A stretch of 46,353 nt of DNA from a virus: the IMG/VR virus record IMGVR_UViG_3300028748_000002. One strand, written 5' to 3'. Positions 31,891 to 41,114 of this stretch are shown piece after piece. The notes beneath the pieces were generated by a model that had not been told where the DNA came from, did no database searches, and was given only the letters and a program-made list of their open reading frames with translations. The number at the start of each line of letters is the position of its first letter. The stretch's first letter is position 1. The position numbers and the translations under genes are program-made.

Positions 31891-31922
31891 GGGATGGCGG
31901 AGCGGTAAAGCCCCGCCATCCC
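31891..31922 (-). terminator. 10-bp stem-loop between the tail-fibre module and the lysis cassette
   Basis: gggatggcgg (31891-31900) pairs with ccgccatccc (31913-31922). No clear U-tract. Confidence 0.3.
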
Positions 31923-31935
31923 CGTGACGAAAGGG

Positions 31936-32295
31936 TTAGGATGCCGATTGCGCGGCGGCCTGTGCTGCAATCTGTGCGTCCGTGAGCGCCGGGGCCGCTT
32001 CCGGGGCCGCTTCCGGGGCCGCGTCCGGTGTGGGTGCTGGCGCGGGGGCGTACCCCGTGACCAAGCTCGCATCGAAGGCGGGGGTATTATCCCCGGCGGC
32101 CGTTTTCAGCTCGTTGACGGTAGCCTCCAGAGCGGCAACCTTGGAATAGAGGTCGTTGAAAATGTCTGCGATCACTTGGGCGTCATCGGTGCGCATGGTA
32201 GGGGTTTCCTCGTAGCGGTCGGTTAATTCCAGCGTGGCCACGGGGAGCCGCTTATCCCCGAATATCTCACGAAATAGGCGAACGAGCCCGCTCAT
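31936..32295 (-). CDS. Hypothetical protein with Pro/Ala repeat tail (119 aa)
   Basis: ATGA-coupled ATG at 32295. C-terminal PDAAPEAAPEAAP is encoded by 3 x 12-nt repeats at 31991-32026. Confidence 0.5.
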   Translation of the reverse strand: MSGLVRLFREIFGDKRLPVATLELTDRYEETPTMRTDDAQVIADIFNDLYSKVAALEATVNELKTAAGDNTPAFDASLVTGYAPAPAPTPDAAPEAAPEAAPALTDAQIAAQAAAQSAS

Positions 32296-32606
32296 TTTGC
32301 CGGGCTCTTGCGGACCCGGGGCTTGGGAACGCGGCCCAAGGGTCTGTTGCCTGCAATCACGTCTTGGAGCTCTTTGATGCTGGCGCGAGCGGCCGCCACC
32401 GTGGCAAGCTGGATATGGGCCTCTTTTTCCCATTGCTGGGCGTCCATGCGCGCTTGAGTGAGCTGAGCGCGGAGCTCCCCATTCTGGGCCTCCAGCTCGC
32501 GAGCTCGTGCAACGCTGCAAACGGCTTCCATGGTTAAGGCTCCCAAGTGGTGGCTCAATGCTTCATATTGGCCGCGAGAGAGTGCAATTCCGGCTTGATC
32601 GTTCAT
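32292..32606 (-). CDS. Coiled-coil hypothetical protein (104 aa)
   Basis: ATG at 32606 with GGAAGG upstream. Follows the tail-fibre gene. Confidence 0.5.
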   Translation of the reverse strand: MNDQAGIALSRGQYEALSHHLGALTMEAVCSVARARELEAQNGELRAQLTQARMDAQQWEKEAHIQLATVAAARASIKELQDVIAGNRPLGRVPKPRVRKSPAK

Positions 32607-32644
32607 TGTCTGGCCTTCCGTTGGTGGTGCCCGCCACCTTTAGC

Positions 32645-33445
32645 CTATTTGCCCCATGCAATCCAGTAGGCCGTCACGGCTTGGTTAAAGCCGTACTCCG
32701 CATTTCCCGTATCTCCTGCCAAAGTCCCGCCAGCAATGGTGAAATTTTGGCCCTTCAAAGACAATCCGCCCCAATCCGGATTGGGACCTTTGTTGCCGCA
32801 AGCAAGAAAGCCATCAAATTCAGAGGGAAAAGGCGTATTGAATACCACTGGCGTGGACACAGTATTCGTATTGGGCGTTGGGAGTACCGTTGCCCCAAGC
32901 TTCACAATCCGGCCATTGGGCAGGTAGATGCTTTGGGCGTCCACGCTGTTGAAAAGCTCTTTGAGCACGAGGGGGGACAAAAACACATTTCCGGCTGTTG
33001 CCGCCTCTGCCTGCGCGAGCGTGGCCGACGCGGCGCCAGCGACAACCCACCCCACGGAACTCCCTCCATCGGGGTTGGTCATGTTGCCGTCAACGGTGTT
33101 GAACCACTCTACGCCGTTCATGGCTGTTGAGGCCACAACCGCGCCCTTGGGGTATCCGCCCAGACTGGCCGCAAAGGTCGGATCATAGACGGCCGGGCCC
33201 CCGGCGCTCACCCACCGCGTCCACTTAGTGACGTGGTTGAGAATGCCATTCACATCCCCACCGGAGACATAGGCCCCGCCGCCGCTCAAACTGGTGAATG
33301 TGTCGGGGGTGAAGCCGTCGGTGAAGCTGGCCGCGCCAGCCGTCACCCCGATTTGCGAGGGCACCGGCACGGGGCGGATATAGCTGCCCCCGGCGCTGTT
33401 GGCGAAGGGGATGGCCACGAGGGGCGGGAGGTCGGACAGGTTCAT
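32645..33445 (-). CDS. Tail fibre protein (266 aa)
   Basis: N-terminus LVAIPFANSAGGSYIRPVPVPSQIGVTAGAASFTDGFTP...GGDVNGILNHVTKW...GGYPKGAVV is the classic myophage fibre baseplate-attachment motif. Lies after the baseplate genes. Confidence 0.75.
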   Translation of the reverse strand: MNLSDLPPLVAIPFANSAGGSYIRPVPVPSQIGVTAGAASFTDGFTPDTFTSLSGGGAYVSGGDVNGILNHVTKWTRWVSAGGPAVYDPTFAASLGGYPKGAVVASTAMNGVEWFNTVDGNMTNPDGGSSVGWVVAGAASATLAQAEAATAGNVFLSPLVLKELFNSVDAQSIYLPNGRIVKLGATVLPTPNTNTVSTPVVFNTPFPSEFDGFLACGNKGPNPDWGGLSLKGQNFTIAGGTLAGDTGNAEYGFNQAVTAYWIAWGK

Positions 33446-33448
33446 GGC

Positions 33449-34105
33449 TTACCTCTGGACGATGGTGACGGCGCGGCCGGTGGGCCGGGGCAAAAGCCCC
33501 TCTTGGGAAATGATAGCATAATCCACGGAGGAAAGCGTATCCCCGAACGAATAGGACAAGCTCCCGTCCTCGTTCTCCACCACATAGCTGTTGCCGTAGT
33601 CTGGAAAGAGCAACATGAGGATGGCGTTGGTTTCCGGGATGGTGAGGCCGGAGACGTTGGCCCGGGCTTTGGCGAGGATCACGCGCCGGTAGGTTTCATC
33701 CCCCAAGCGCACGTTGAGGGTCCCGTTGGCCCCCCTATTCCAAATGCCGTGGCCCCAATTCTCCGCCGTGTCCTGCCCGGCAAAGCCGATATAGACGTCG
33801 GCCTCCGGGACGGTGAGGTAGCGCGAGGCCCCGACAATGCGGCCCAGCACGTCCAAGCCGTAGCCCACCGCCGTGTCCAAGTCCCACACGTTGAAATAGA
33901 AAAAGTCATCATAGACCCGGCCGTCCAGCCACGCGCCCATGTATTGGACGAGCGAATAGAGGATAGGACTGTTGCAATACTGCGCGATGAGCGTGCCCAG
34001 CACGTCAAACGTGACAAAGCCCCCATAGGGAGGCGTGGGAGCCGCGCCGGAGGGCAACCGGGCCGCAATGGGCGCTCTGGCAAGCGGATAGTCCCCGATG
34101 GCCAT
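33449..34105 (-). CDS. Baseplate wedge protein, DUF2612-like (218 aa)
   Basis: ATG at 34105 (TAATG overlap with the J-like gene), MAIGDYPLARAP. Position between the J-like and fibre genes. Confidence 0.6.
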   Translation of the reverse strand: MAIGDYPLARAPIAARLPSGAAPTPPYGGFVTFDVLGTLIAQYCNSPILYSLVQYMGAWLDGRVYDDFFYFNVWDLDTAVGYGLDVLGRIVGASRYLTVPEADVYIGFAGQDTAENWGHGIWNRGANGTLNVRLGDETYRRVILAKARANVSGLTIPETNAILMLLFPDYGNSYVVENEDGSLSYSFGDTLSSVDYAIISQEGLLPRPTGRAVTIVQR

Positions 34106-35565
34106 TAAACCGCCTCCACGAGCACGTCCGCCGCGCTGCCCCCGGCGCGTTGGTTGAGGTTGAGGTCCACATAGTTTTGGTTGGCCGCGTAACCCGCCAG
34201 AGGCGAGCTTGCGAGGAGCTGGACCACACCCACGGAGTAAACGCCCACCCCGCCGGGGGCTCCGCTTGACTGGCCGGTGATGATGGTGCCCGGGGCCGCG
34301 CCTTCCACATATTGCCCCGTGGCCAGCGTGCCGGATGCAACGGCCGTGACGGTGAGCACGTTGCCCTCCCCGCCGCTTCCATTGTCGATTGCGCCGGTAA
34401 ATTGCGCCGCGTCCGGGTTGTTGGGTGAGCCCAGCCCAATGGCCACAACGAGGGCCCACGGACCGAGAGCGGCAATAGGCGCTTGGAAGCGCGAAGCGAG
34501 GAGCCGGGAGCCCAGCGTGGGAGCGCCCAGCCCGGTGCTGTCATCCCCCGCAAAGACCGCAAGAACCACGTTTTGAACCTGCGTTACATAATCATCCGGG
34601 AGAGCTGCGAGGCTGGAGAGCTGGACGCTAACGACTACCGGCAAAACCACCGGCCGGTCAAAGACGATTGTATAGGTGGGGTACGGGATGGCGTAGCCGC
34701 TCCCGGTGTCCTCAACCACCACAGTGGTGGGGGTCACGGCATACATGGGCGTTCCCTGCCCTTTTTTCTGCCAAATAGCCGTGGCCACGGGGAGGTCCGC
34801 TCCACCATAGACGCACGCATACAACGACCCGGCCGGGAGCGTTACGCCCCGAATGGTGAGTGGACCGCTCTCGCTGTTGTCCGTGACATAGGCGTCCACC
34901 ACCCCCGGCACGTCCAAGAGCTGGGCCCGGACCGCCGCGTTGAACCCGCGCGCGTTTTTGGTGAGCTCCGCTTGCCTACGGAGCTCAAACGCTTGAGCCG
35001 TCTCAAGGTTTGTCCCCGGGGTGCCGTCGCTGGCATTGAGGACCGTATCCCACCCGGGGATGGATTGATAAATCTCGTTGAGATACCCGGCCGGGCAAGG
35101 CACGTCCCCTTCCACGGTGTTTTGGAACTCAAGGTCTATGGACCCGGCGGCGGGTATGGTGCCCCCGCTTACGCACGAGTAGATATCGCCCCCTTGGGTC
35201 TTTGCCAACGCGCCCACCGGGATGACCACATTGGCCGCTCCGCCACACGTGACGAGCACGGTGGTGGGGCTGGCCGCAATGCGCTCCAGATTGAAAAAGC
35301 GTCCAATGCCGTCTTGCATCCGGCCGGAGCTGGTAGCCGGGTCCACGCGCGAGACAATGGCCAGATTGAAGTCCACAAAGGCTTGAAGAACCTCCGCAAA
35401 GCTGGTGCCCAATTGCCCTTGGGGCGTCTCCGGGTCCGTGCTCATACTGGGCGAATTGAAGGCGGCCGCAAAGTCGGCCATGACCCCGGCAAAAAAGTCC
35501 GCCGTGGCCGGTGCTGCAATGCCCGTGTCCGAAATAGTCGGGATTGGGACGTTGGTGGTGATCAT
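34105..35565 (-). CDS. Baseplate J-like protein (486 aa)
   Basis: Size and position after the gp25/W-like gene. The N-terminal region resembles the baseplate J family. Confidence 0.7.
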   Translation of the reverse strand: MITTNVPIPTISDTGIAAPATADFFAGVMADFAAAFNSPSMSTDPETPQGQLGTSFAEVLQAFVDFNLAIVSRVDPATSSGRMQDGIGRFFNLERIAASPTTVLVTCGGAANVVIPVGALAKTQGGDIYSCVSGGTIPAAGSIDLEFQNTVEGDVPCPAGYLNEIYQSIPGWDTVLNASDGTPGTNLETAQAFELRRQAELTKNARGFNAAVRAQLLDVPGVVDAYVTDNSESGPLTIRGVTLPAGSLYACVYGGADLPVATAIWQKKGQGTPMYAVTPTTVVVEDTGSGYAIPYPTYTIVFDRPVVLPVVVSVQLSSLAALPDDYVTQVQNVVLAVFAGDDSTGLGAPTLGSRLLASRFQAPIAALGPWALVVAIGLGSPNNPDAAQFTGAIDNGSGGEGNVLTVTAVASGTLATGQYVEGAAPGTIITGQSSGAPGGVGVYSVGVVQLLASSPLAGYAANQNYVDLNLNQRAGGSAADVLVEAV

Positions 35566-35568
35566 CGG

Positions 35569-35919
35569 TCAAAGGCTCGCATAGAGGGGGCCATAGGCGG
35601 TTGTGACTTGGACTTGCCCAACAACCTGCCGATTGATGAGCGATTGAATATAGACCGTGGCGGCCTCAACACCATCCACCAAAAGCGCGGCTTGTTCCAT
35701 GTCGCTCTTGAGGAGGTCCAGAGGGTAGGGCCCGGCGAATATGTCGGAGAAGTACGGCACCCCGCGCGACACGTCGAAAACGGCCTCGCCCTCCACGAGA
35801 CGGCACGAGCACGAGACATTTTGGACGATGGCGTAGGGGTCGCCCGCGAGCGCCCAATTGCCTCGCGCGTCTAAGCAAAGGTCCCACGCCACGATGTCCA
35901 AGAGGAGGCTTGCGCTCAT
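35569..35919 (-). CDS. Baseplate wedge protein, gpW/gp25-like (116 aa)
   Basis: Size and synteny between the spike and J-like genes. Confidence 0.5.
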   Translation of the reverse strand: MSASLLLDIVAWDLCLDARGNWALAGDPYAIVQNVSCSCRLVEGEAVFDVSRGVPYFSDIFAGPYPLDLLKSDMEQAALLVDGVEAATVYIQSLINRQVVGQVQVTTAYGPLYASL

Positions 35920-36524
35920 GTGGTTGGTATCCCCGTCTCTCCGCCACCCGGGGTCACGCCGGTGTGTTTGTGGGTCGTGAGCGGGATGCCTCCGGCCGTC
36001 ACCTCGCCAGTGACCTCCACGTCCCCGTCCACATAGACCGTTGACGCGGGCTTGAGGTGAATATCCCCGGAGCTGTCAAATCGGATATATTGCGCCGGGG
36101 TGCCGTTGAGGAAACCCCCGATATAGAGGCCGTCCGCCATGTCTTGGACCCGTTTGGAGCCCGGCACCGCGTCCGCCTTGGTGTTTTTCACCTTGGAAAT
36201 GTCTCGTGAGGCAAAGACCGCTAGGCCAATGTCTCCCACGGCCGGGTCCATTATGACCGCGTTTTGGCCGCCTTGGAGACGGAAATAGGGCAGATTATGG
36301 AGCGGGCCGTGGGGGACGCTCTGGCCCATTCCATCCACTTGGTGGACCATGGGCAAAACGTCCAGATAGCCCACCGGGGAGAGGCCGCCGGTGTTGGTCA
36401 CGGCGATGACGCGGACGATAGTGGCCGTGGCTTGCTGGCGCATGAGCTGCTTCACGACAAAGTGCAATTGCGCGAAGTCGTCTCCATAATCGTGCGCGGA
36501 GGCAAAGCCGGTAAAGTCGGTCAT
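35916..36524 (-). CDS. Baseplate spike/assembly protein, gpV / Mu gp45-like (202 aa)
   Basis: IVRVIAVTN...YLDVLPMVHQVD...PYFRLQGG...GLYIGGF and C-terminal HKHTGVTPGGGETGIPT resemble gpV-type spikes. Confidence 0.7.
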   Translation of the reverse strand: MTDFTGFASAHDYGDDFAQLHFVVKQLMRQQATATIVRVIAVTNTGGLSPVGYLDVLPMVHQVDGMGQSVPHGPLHNLPYFRLQGGQNAVIMDPAVGDIGLAVFASRDISKVKNTKADAVPGSKRVQDMADGLYIGGFLNGTPAQYIRFDSSGDIHLKPASTVYVDGDVEVTGEVTAGGIPLTTHKHTGVTPGGGETGIPTT

Positions 36525-37420
36525 TGTGCTGGCGCGGCCTCCGGGGTGAGGTTTGTGAATTTTTGAGCCTCAACGTGCGAATACCACCGGCCGTTGGGAA
36601 TTTCCACCTCAAGGTCATGGGTGACCGAGAGCGGAAACCACAAGCCGCTTGCCGGAGACGCCGCGCTGTTGAGATTAACGGGTCCGTTGACACGGAGCGA
36701 CGGGTTGAAAAGCGTTGTAAACGCTATGCCCTTGTCATTGTATGACGGGAAGCCAACGAGCCCGGTGGAGCTGTCCACTTGCACCGTTTGCGTATTGCGG
36801 GCCTGCCCCCGTGGCCAAATGGCGAGGAAACCGGGGTCATCAAAAGAGAACTCAAAATCCGCCATTTCCGCCAAGCGCCGGAGCTGGGCCATATTATCGT
36901 GCGGGAGATAGAGGTCCTGCACTTGGACGTTGACGCCCGAATTGACGAGCGTGAGCGGCGGGTCCATTTGCTGGGCGATGGAATTGGCCACAGTGGCCGC
37001 GTCCACGGAGCCTTTATAGGACAGGGGTGGGACGGAGCGGTAGGCGCTGGACATTCCCGCGTGCGCCGTCACCAAAAGCACCCCCTCCGGCTGGCCCGAA
37101 AAGTCCGCCCATGCCGTGAGGATTTGGCCTTGAAAGATGAGGTTTTGGTTGACCTCGTCCCCGGCCGTGAGCGCTATCTGGTTGGCAATGCCTTGCGTGT
37201 AGCCGTTTTGGAGGATGGTGAGCTTATTCATGATGGAGAGCGGCAAGCCCCACACCTCCAGCTCCATCGCGTCCATGGTCGTGCTCATGGCCGCCGTTAT
37301 GGTAGCGCGCATCCGCACCCCCGACACATCCACGGTATTGGTCCCGCTCTCCGTGAATACTCCGGCCGGGGCGTCCAGAGTAAATCGCACATTCATGGCG
37401 CGTTTTTTGAATATGCTCAT
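36521..37420 (-). CDS. Baseplate hub protein (gpD / Mu gp44-like) (299 aa)
   Basis: Synteny upstream of the spike gene, and size. Confidence 0.5.
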   Translation of the reverse strand: MSIFKKRAMNVRFTLDAPAGVFTESGTNTVDVSGVRMRATITAAMSTTMDAMELEVWGLPLSIMNKLTILQNGYTQGIANQIALTAGDEVNQNLIFQGQILTAWADFSGQPEGVLLVTAHAGMSSAYRSVPPLSYKGSVDAATVANSIAQQMDPPLTLVNSGVNVQVQDLYLPHDNMAQLRRLAEMADFEFSFDDPGFLAIWPRGQARNTQTVQVDSSTGLVGFPSYNDKGIAFTTLFNPSLRVNGPVNLNSAASPASGLWFPLSVTHDLEVEIPNGRWYSHVEAQKFTNLTPEAAPAQ

Positions 37421-37719
37421 GTCAAAGAGCTATCATAGAGCAAGACGAAACGGCTGTTCAACCCCGCATAGGTCGGGTCTTGGGTGCCTTGACTGTCAAA
37501 AAAGTAAAGATTGCCTACCAAGCCCAGATAAGGGTCGCGGATTATCTTGCGCAAATTGAGCGCCTCCATTCCGGACCGCACGAGAACGTTATTGACATAC
37601 AAGTCCATAAAGAGGCCATAGCGCCTCTGATAGACCCGGACGGTGCAATTCTGCCCGGCCAGATAGACTTGGACGCTCTGGTCCGCGAGCGGCTGGAGCG
37701 GAATGGAAACGGGGCTCAT
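37417..37719 (-). CDS. Baseplate-associated small protein (100 aa)
   Basis: ATGA-coupled on both sides within the baseplate block. Confidence 0.45.
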   Translation of the reverse strand: MSPVSIPLQPLADQSVQVYLAGQNCTVRVYQRRYGLFMDLYVNNVLVRSGMEALNLRKIIRDPYLGLVGNLYFFDSQGTQDPTYAGLNSRFVLLYDSSLT

Positions 37720-38348
37720 GACGGCGGGCTCCCCGGGGCTTGGTTGCCGGTGGGTGTTTGTGTCTGGACCGCGCCCCCGCTCACGTTGGCAAAAGCGGAG
37801 GGGTCCGACACTTGGCTAAATTTGAGGCTCACCGTGGTCCGCACTTGCGTGAAGGTCACGTTGACTTGGATGAGGCCCACGCCCTTCTCCGCCGTGCGCG
37901 TAGCGCCCACGCGGGTGAGGTTGTAGCCCCGATAGGTGCGGCCGGGAGTGAGGATATTGACGAGCGTGGTGGAGGCCGCGAGAGCGTCCAGCGCATTGCG
38001 AAATGCTTGCTTGCTCTGTTGCGTCCCGCCTTTGGCAAGGATGAGCTGGACCGTCCCCGGCTTGGTGACTTTGTTGTAGCTCTCAAAACCCCCCGTCTCC
38101 GTGGGATAGTCGGGAATGCTCCAATCCGCGTTGTCATCCACCTCAATGTAGCTGTCTGGGCCCACGCTGTTGGCGAAATAATCCGCGCCCCCGGGGAGGT
38201 GAATGCCCCATTTCAATTGGGCCCCCGTGACCACGATGGCGTTGCCGTCACTGGTGGCCGGTGTCACGGACGCGGGGGCGGCCGCCGCGCCACTGACCGG
38301 CGGGACGCCTTGAGCGTTGGGGACGGTAGGGGTGGCGGGGTTTGCCAT
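37716..38348 (-). CDS. Tail/baseplate protein following the tape measure (210 aa)
   Basis: Position directly after the tape measure gene. Pro/Ala-rich N-terminus. Confidence 0.45.
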   Translation of the reverse strand: MANPATPTVPNAQGVPPVSGAAAAPASVTPATSDGNAIVVTGAQLKWGIHLPGGADYFANSVGPDSYIEVDDNADWSIPDYPTETGGFESYNKVTKPGTVQLILAKGGTQQSKQAFRNALDALAASTTLVNILTPGRTYRGYNLTRVGATRTAEKGVGLIQVNVTFTQVRTTVSLKFSQVSDPSAFANVSGGAVQTQTPTGNQAPGSPPS

Positions 38349-38352
38349 GATT

Positions 38353-40044
38353 TTAGCCCACTCCGGTGTTAGCGTTGACCACGCGGCCGCGCTTGCGCAT
38401 GGCGTGCTTTACGCTCTGGCCGGTGAGGGTGGCGACCTTGTGCGGGTCGCTCGCCCCGCGCGCGTCCACGTGGACGGAGACGTGGGTATCCCCGCCGCCC
38501 CCGCCGCCGGAGCCGTAAAGGCGTGCCATGGCCTTGCGGTCCACGTTGGGGAGCGCGAGCTTGGGTTTGCCCTTGGCCGCCCCCGGGCCAAAACCATGAT
38601 AGCCCTCGTGCTCCGCGTTGGCGCGTGCAAGGGCCTCCGCTTGGTCGGGGTTGAGCCGTTGGTAGGGGTTGACGCCCATGCGCTTGGAAACCGCCGCGAT
38701 ATAGGCGGCCGTGTTGTTTTCCCCGGGCGGTGCCCAGCTTGAAACGATGGCCGCCACGCTGCCCAGCCGATTTATTTTATTGCGCGCGAGGGCCACCGTA
38801 GCGGCCCATCCGCTCTCCGGGCTGTCAAATCGCGCAAAGCGGCCGTCCGTGCCGATATAGCCCGGCTGGCCACGTGCCCAAGAGGACGCCTCCAGATTGC
38901 CCGGATTATTGTTCCGGTCCGCTTTGGTGGCTCCCCGGCCGGTATATGCGCCGGGTTGCTGGGCGTTGCTTGGGTTTGGGTTTACGAGGTCCCCCGGGCC
39001 TTGTCCGTAGGGCTTGGGCGGCCCGTTTGTGGTGCCGGTGGCGAGGTCATAAACGTTTGTGTCCCGCATGACTTGGCCCGCCGCGTTGGCCGTTTGGGGC
39101 GATATGATGCCCCATTGCGCGAGCTTGTCCAAAAGGACCGTCAGGGGGTTCATGAGCGCCCAAAAGCCAATGGTGATGGCCCGGACGCTGGCGTTGGCTT
39201 TTTCACCTCCAGAGGCCACAAAATCAAAGAGGTCCGCCGTGGTGCGGAGCATGGGGAAAGTATGCTCAATCGAATTGAATAGTCCCATGAGCGCGGTGTT
39301 GAAATGCGCAAAGTCCGCCGCCGCTTCGCGCGCGTTGTCGGCTTGCTCTTTGGTCAAAGGATTGAGGCGTTTTTGCTCCTCAATCTCTCGCTTGAGCGCG
39401 TCCGTGCCGCTCATGAGCATTTTAACCCAATTGTTGCTCACCCCTAGAATTTGTTGCACGTCGCTCCGAAAGGTATCCGTGGCGAGCTGCTCCCGGTGCG
39501 GGTCCCCCCCGGCCGCCTTGAGCCGTTGCTGGTAGTTATTGGCCAGCGTGAGCATAAGGCTTTCTTCGCTGTCAAAATCCTTGGCGGAGGTGATGCCTAG
39601 CCGCCCCATGATAGGCGTGTTTAGTGAGCCGGGGTCTTTGACGAAAGCCGCGCGGATAGCAGATATTTTGTCGAAAGCGTTGATAGCCTCGTTGGCGTCC
39701 CCACCGGCGGCCTTGATCGCACCACTCCACGCGGCGATGTCTCCGACATTCCGGCCGAATGCCTGCCCCGCGTTCCCAATGGCCGCCGTCACGTCCATGG
39801 TATTTTTTGCGAAACCGACGATAGATTTGGCGGACACGTAGGCCGCGAGGAGCCCCACGAGCTCGCCGCGGAGCTTGGCGAAGGCCTCGCCTTGTTTTTT
39901 GGCGCTGGCCTCAACCTCGCCCCCGCGCTTGCGGGCGTTTTCCGCGCTGTCCTTGAGGCCGGTGTCAACCTTGACCTTGCCCTTGTCAAAGTCCTTGGTG
40001 TCCAGCCCTAGGGTGACTAGCAGGCTGTCAATAATGCTGGCCAC
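38353..40044 (-). CDS. Tail tape measure protein (563 aa)
   Basis: GTG at 40044 with AAGGAGG 8 nt upstream. Follows the frameshifted chaperone pair. Helical N-terminal part, with an embedded globular domain (ADRNNNPGNLE...). Confidence 0.8.
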   Translation of the reverse strand: MASIIDSLLVTLGLDTKDFDKGKVKVDTGLKDSAENARKRGGEVEASAKKQGEAFAKLRGELVGLLAAYVSAKSIVGFAKNTMDVTAAIGNAGQAFGRNVGDIAAWSGAIKAAGGDANEAINAFDKISAIRAAFVKDPGSLNTPIMGRLGITSAKDFDSEESLMLTLANNYQQRLKAAGGDPHREQLATDTFRSDVQQILGVSNNWVKMLMSGTDALKREIEEQKRLNPLTKEQADNAREAAADFAHFNTALMGLFNSIEHTFPMLRTTADLFDFVASGGEKANASVRAITIGFWALMNPLTVLLDKLAQWGIISPQTANAAGQVMRDTNVYDLATGTTNGPPKPYGQGPGDLVNPNPSNAQQPGAYTGRGATKADRNNNPGNLEASSWARGQPGYIGTDGRFARFDSPESGWAATVALARNKINRLGSVAAIVSSWAPPGENNTAAYIAAVSKRMGVNPYQRLNPDQAEALARANAEHEGYHGFGPGAAKGKPKLALPNVDRKAMARLYGSGGGGGGDTHVSVHVDARGASDPHKVATLTGQSVKHAMRKRGRVVNANTGVG

Positions 40045-40047
40045 GTC

Positions 40048-40664
40048 TTAGTCCTCCTTAGCGCGCGATGCCCTCCACTCGTTCTCACCTTTCACCAAGA
40101 TGACCTCAAGCAAGTCTTGCGCATCCTCCACACTATAGACGGTCTGGAGCTCGTGCAACGTGGCCATTCGCGTCTCCAGAATGACGCCTAGGTATCGGGC
40201 GGGGACGTTGGGGTATTCGCAGAGCTCCCACTCGCGGCCGTCGCCAGAGCCCTCAAATTCGATAGGGCGGCGGCCACGGAAAAACCCGTGTGAGCCTCCA
40301 GCACTTGGTCCCGGAGCCATAGGATAGTGGACGGGACCTTGATGTCATGCTCAATATCCGCGCGGTCCACGTTGGGGAAATTCGCCGGGTCCGGAACGAT
40401 GAAAACGCAAGACATCATTTCATCCAAGAGAGGCTCCGCCTCCTCAAACGAGGCCTTGAAAAGCGCCTCCAGCCCAAAGGCCGCAACCACCACAAAATTC
40501 CCCATGAGCTCCACCGGCGGGAGGTCCATGCCGGAGCGGGCCAGCACGCCCATTGCGCGCCAAGCCCACTTTTCCGCTTTCCATGCCGACATGGGCTTGA
40601 TCCTAAAGACCTTGCCCTTGTCCTCCCCCTCGTAGGGGACCACTACGTCAACATGGTCCAGCAT
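40048..40664 (-). CDS. Tail assembly chaperone, -1 frameshift fusion product (128 + 77 = 205 aa predicted)
   Basis: Slippery heptamer G GGT TTT in the zero frame at 40281-40287 (minus strand). The -1 frame stays open to the TAA at 40048-40050. Confidence 0.65.
40188..40664 (-). CDS. Tail assembly chaperone, short product (158 aa)
   Basis: Lies between the tube and tape measure genes. Overlaps a -1 frame ORF. Confidence 0.75.
   Translation of the reverse strand: MLDHVDVVVPYEGEDKGKVFRIKPMSAWKAEKWAWRAMGVLARSGMDLPPVELMGNFVVVAAFGLEALFKASFEEAEPLLDEMMSCVFIVPDPANFPNVDRADIEHDIKVPSTILWLRDQVLEAHTGFSVAAALSNLRALATAASGSSANTPTSPPDT
40281..40287 (-). promoter_or_regulatory. Programmed -1 ribosomal frameshift slippery site GGGTTTT
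   Basis: Plus strand aaaaccc. Fits X XXY YYZ in the chaperone reading frame. Confidence 0.65.
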
Positions 40665-40667
40665 GGG

Positions 40668-41108
40668 TTAGAGCCCGCCATAGTTGGAGGCGATGAGGCG
40701 CTCCCAGATGATGGAATACTTGCGCGGCTGGAGGACTTTTTTGGCCCCCGGGACAGGCTTGTAGCCCTTGAGATAACCATTGGTGAGATTGTATTGGATG
40801 CCGGTGGCTGGAAGGATGACCGTGCCGGACGCCACCAGAGGGCTCCCAAGCTGGCGCTGGGTCTGGTGCCAATTGTCAAAAATCAAATTGCTGTCGCTAT
40901 CGGCCTGCAAAGTGATGTCTTGCGGATAGGTCACGGGGAGCCACCCGGCGGAGAGGATGCCGTCCACGCCAAGCATGGTTTCCAGCCCCTCCACGTCCGG
41001 GAAGTCAAAGGCGTCATCCGTGGCAAACCCCTGAATTTGCACCGGGCTCGTGTAGAGACTGGCCACGGTGATCTGGAGGATTGCATTTGCGGCGGTAATG
41101 TTACCCAT
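40668..41108 (-). CDS. Tail tube protein (146 aa)
   Basis: Immediately after the sheath gene. Size and beta-rich sequence. Confidence 0.7.
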   Translation of the reverse strand: MGNITAANAILQITVASLYTSPVQIQGFATDDAFDFPDVEGLETMLGVDGILSAGWLPVTYPQDITLQADSDSNLIFDNWHQTQRQLGSPLVASGTVILPATGIQYNLTNGYLKGYKPVPGAKKVLQPRKYSIIWERLIASNYGGL

Positions 41109-41114
41109 GGCGGA

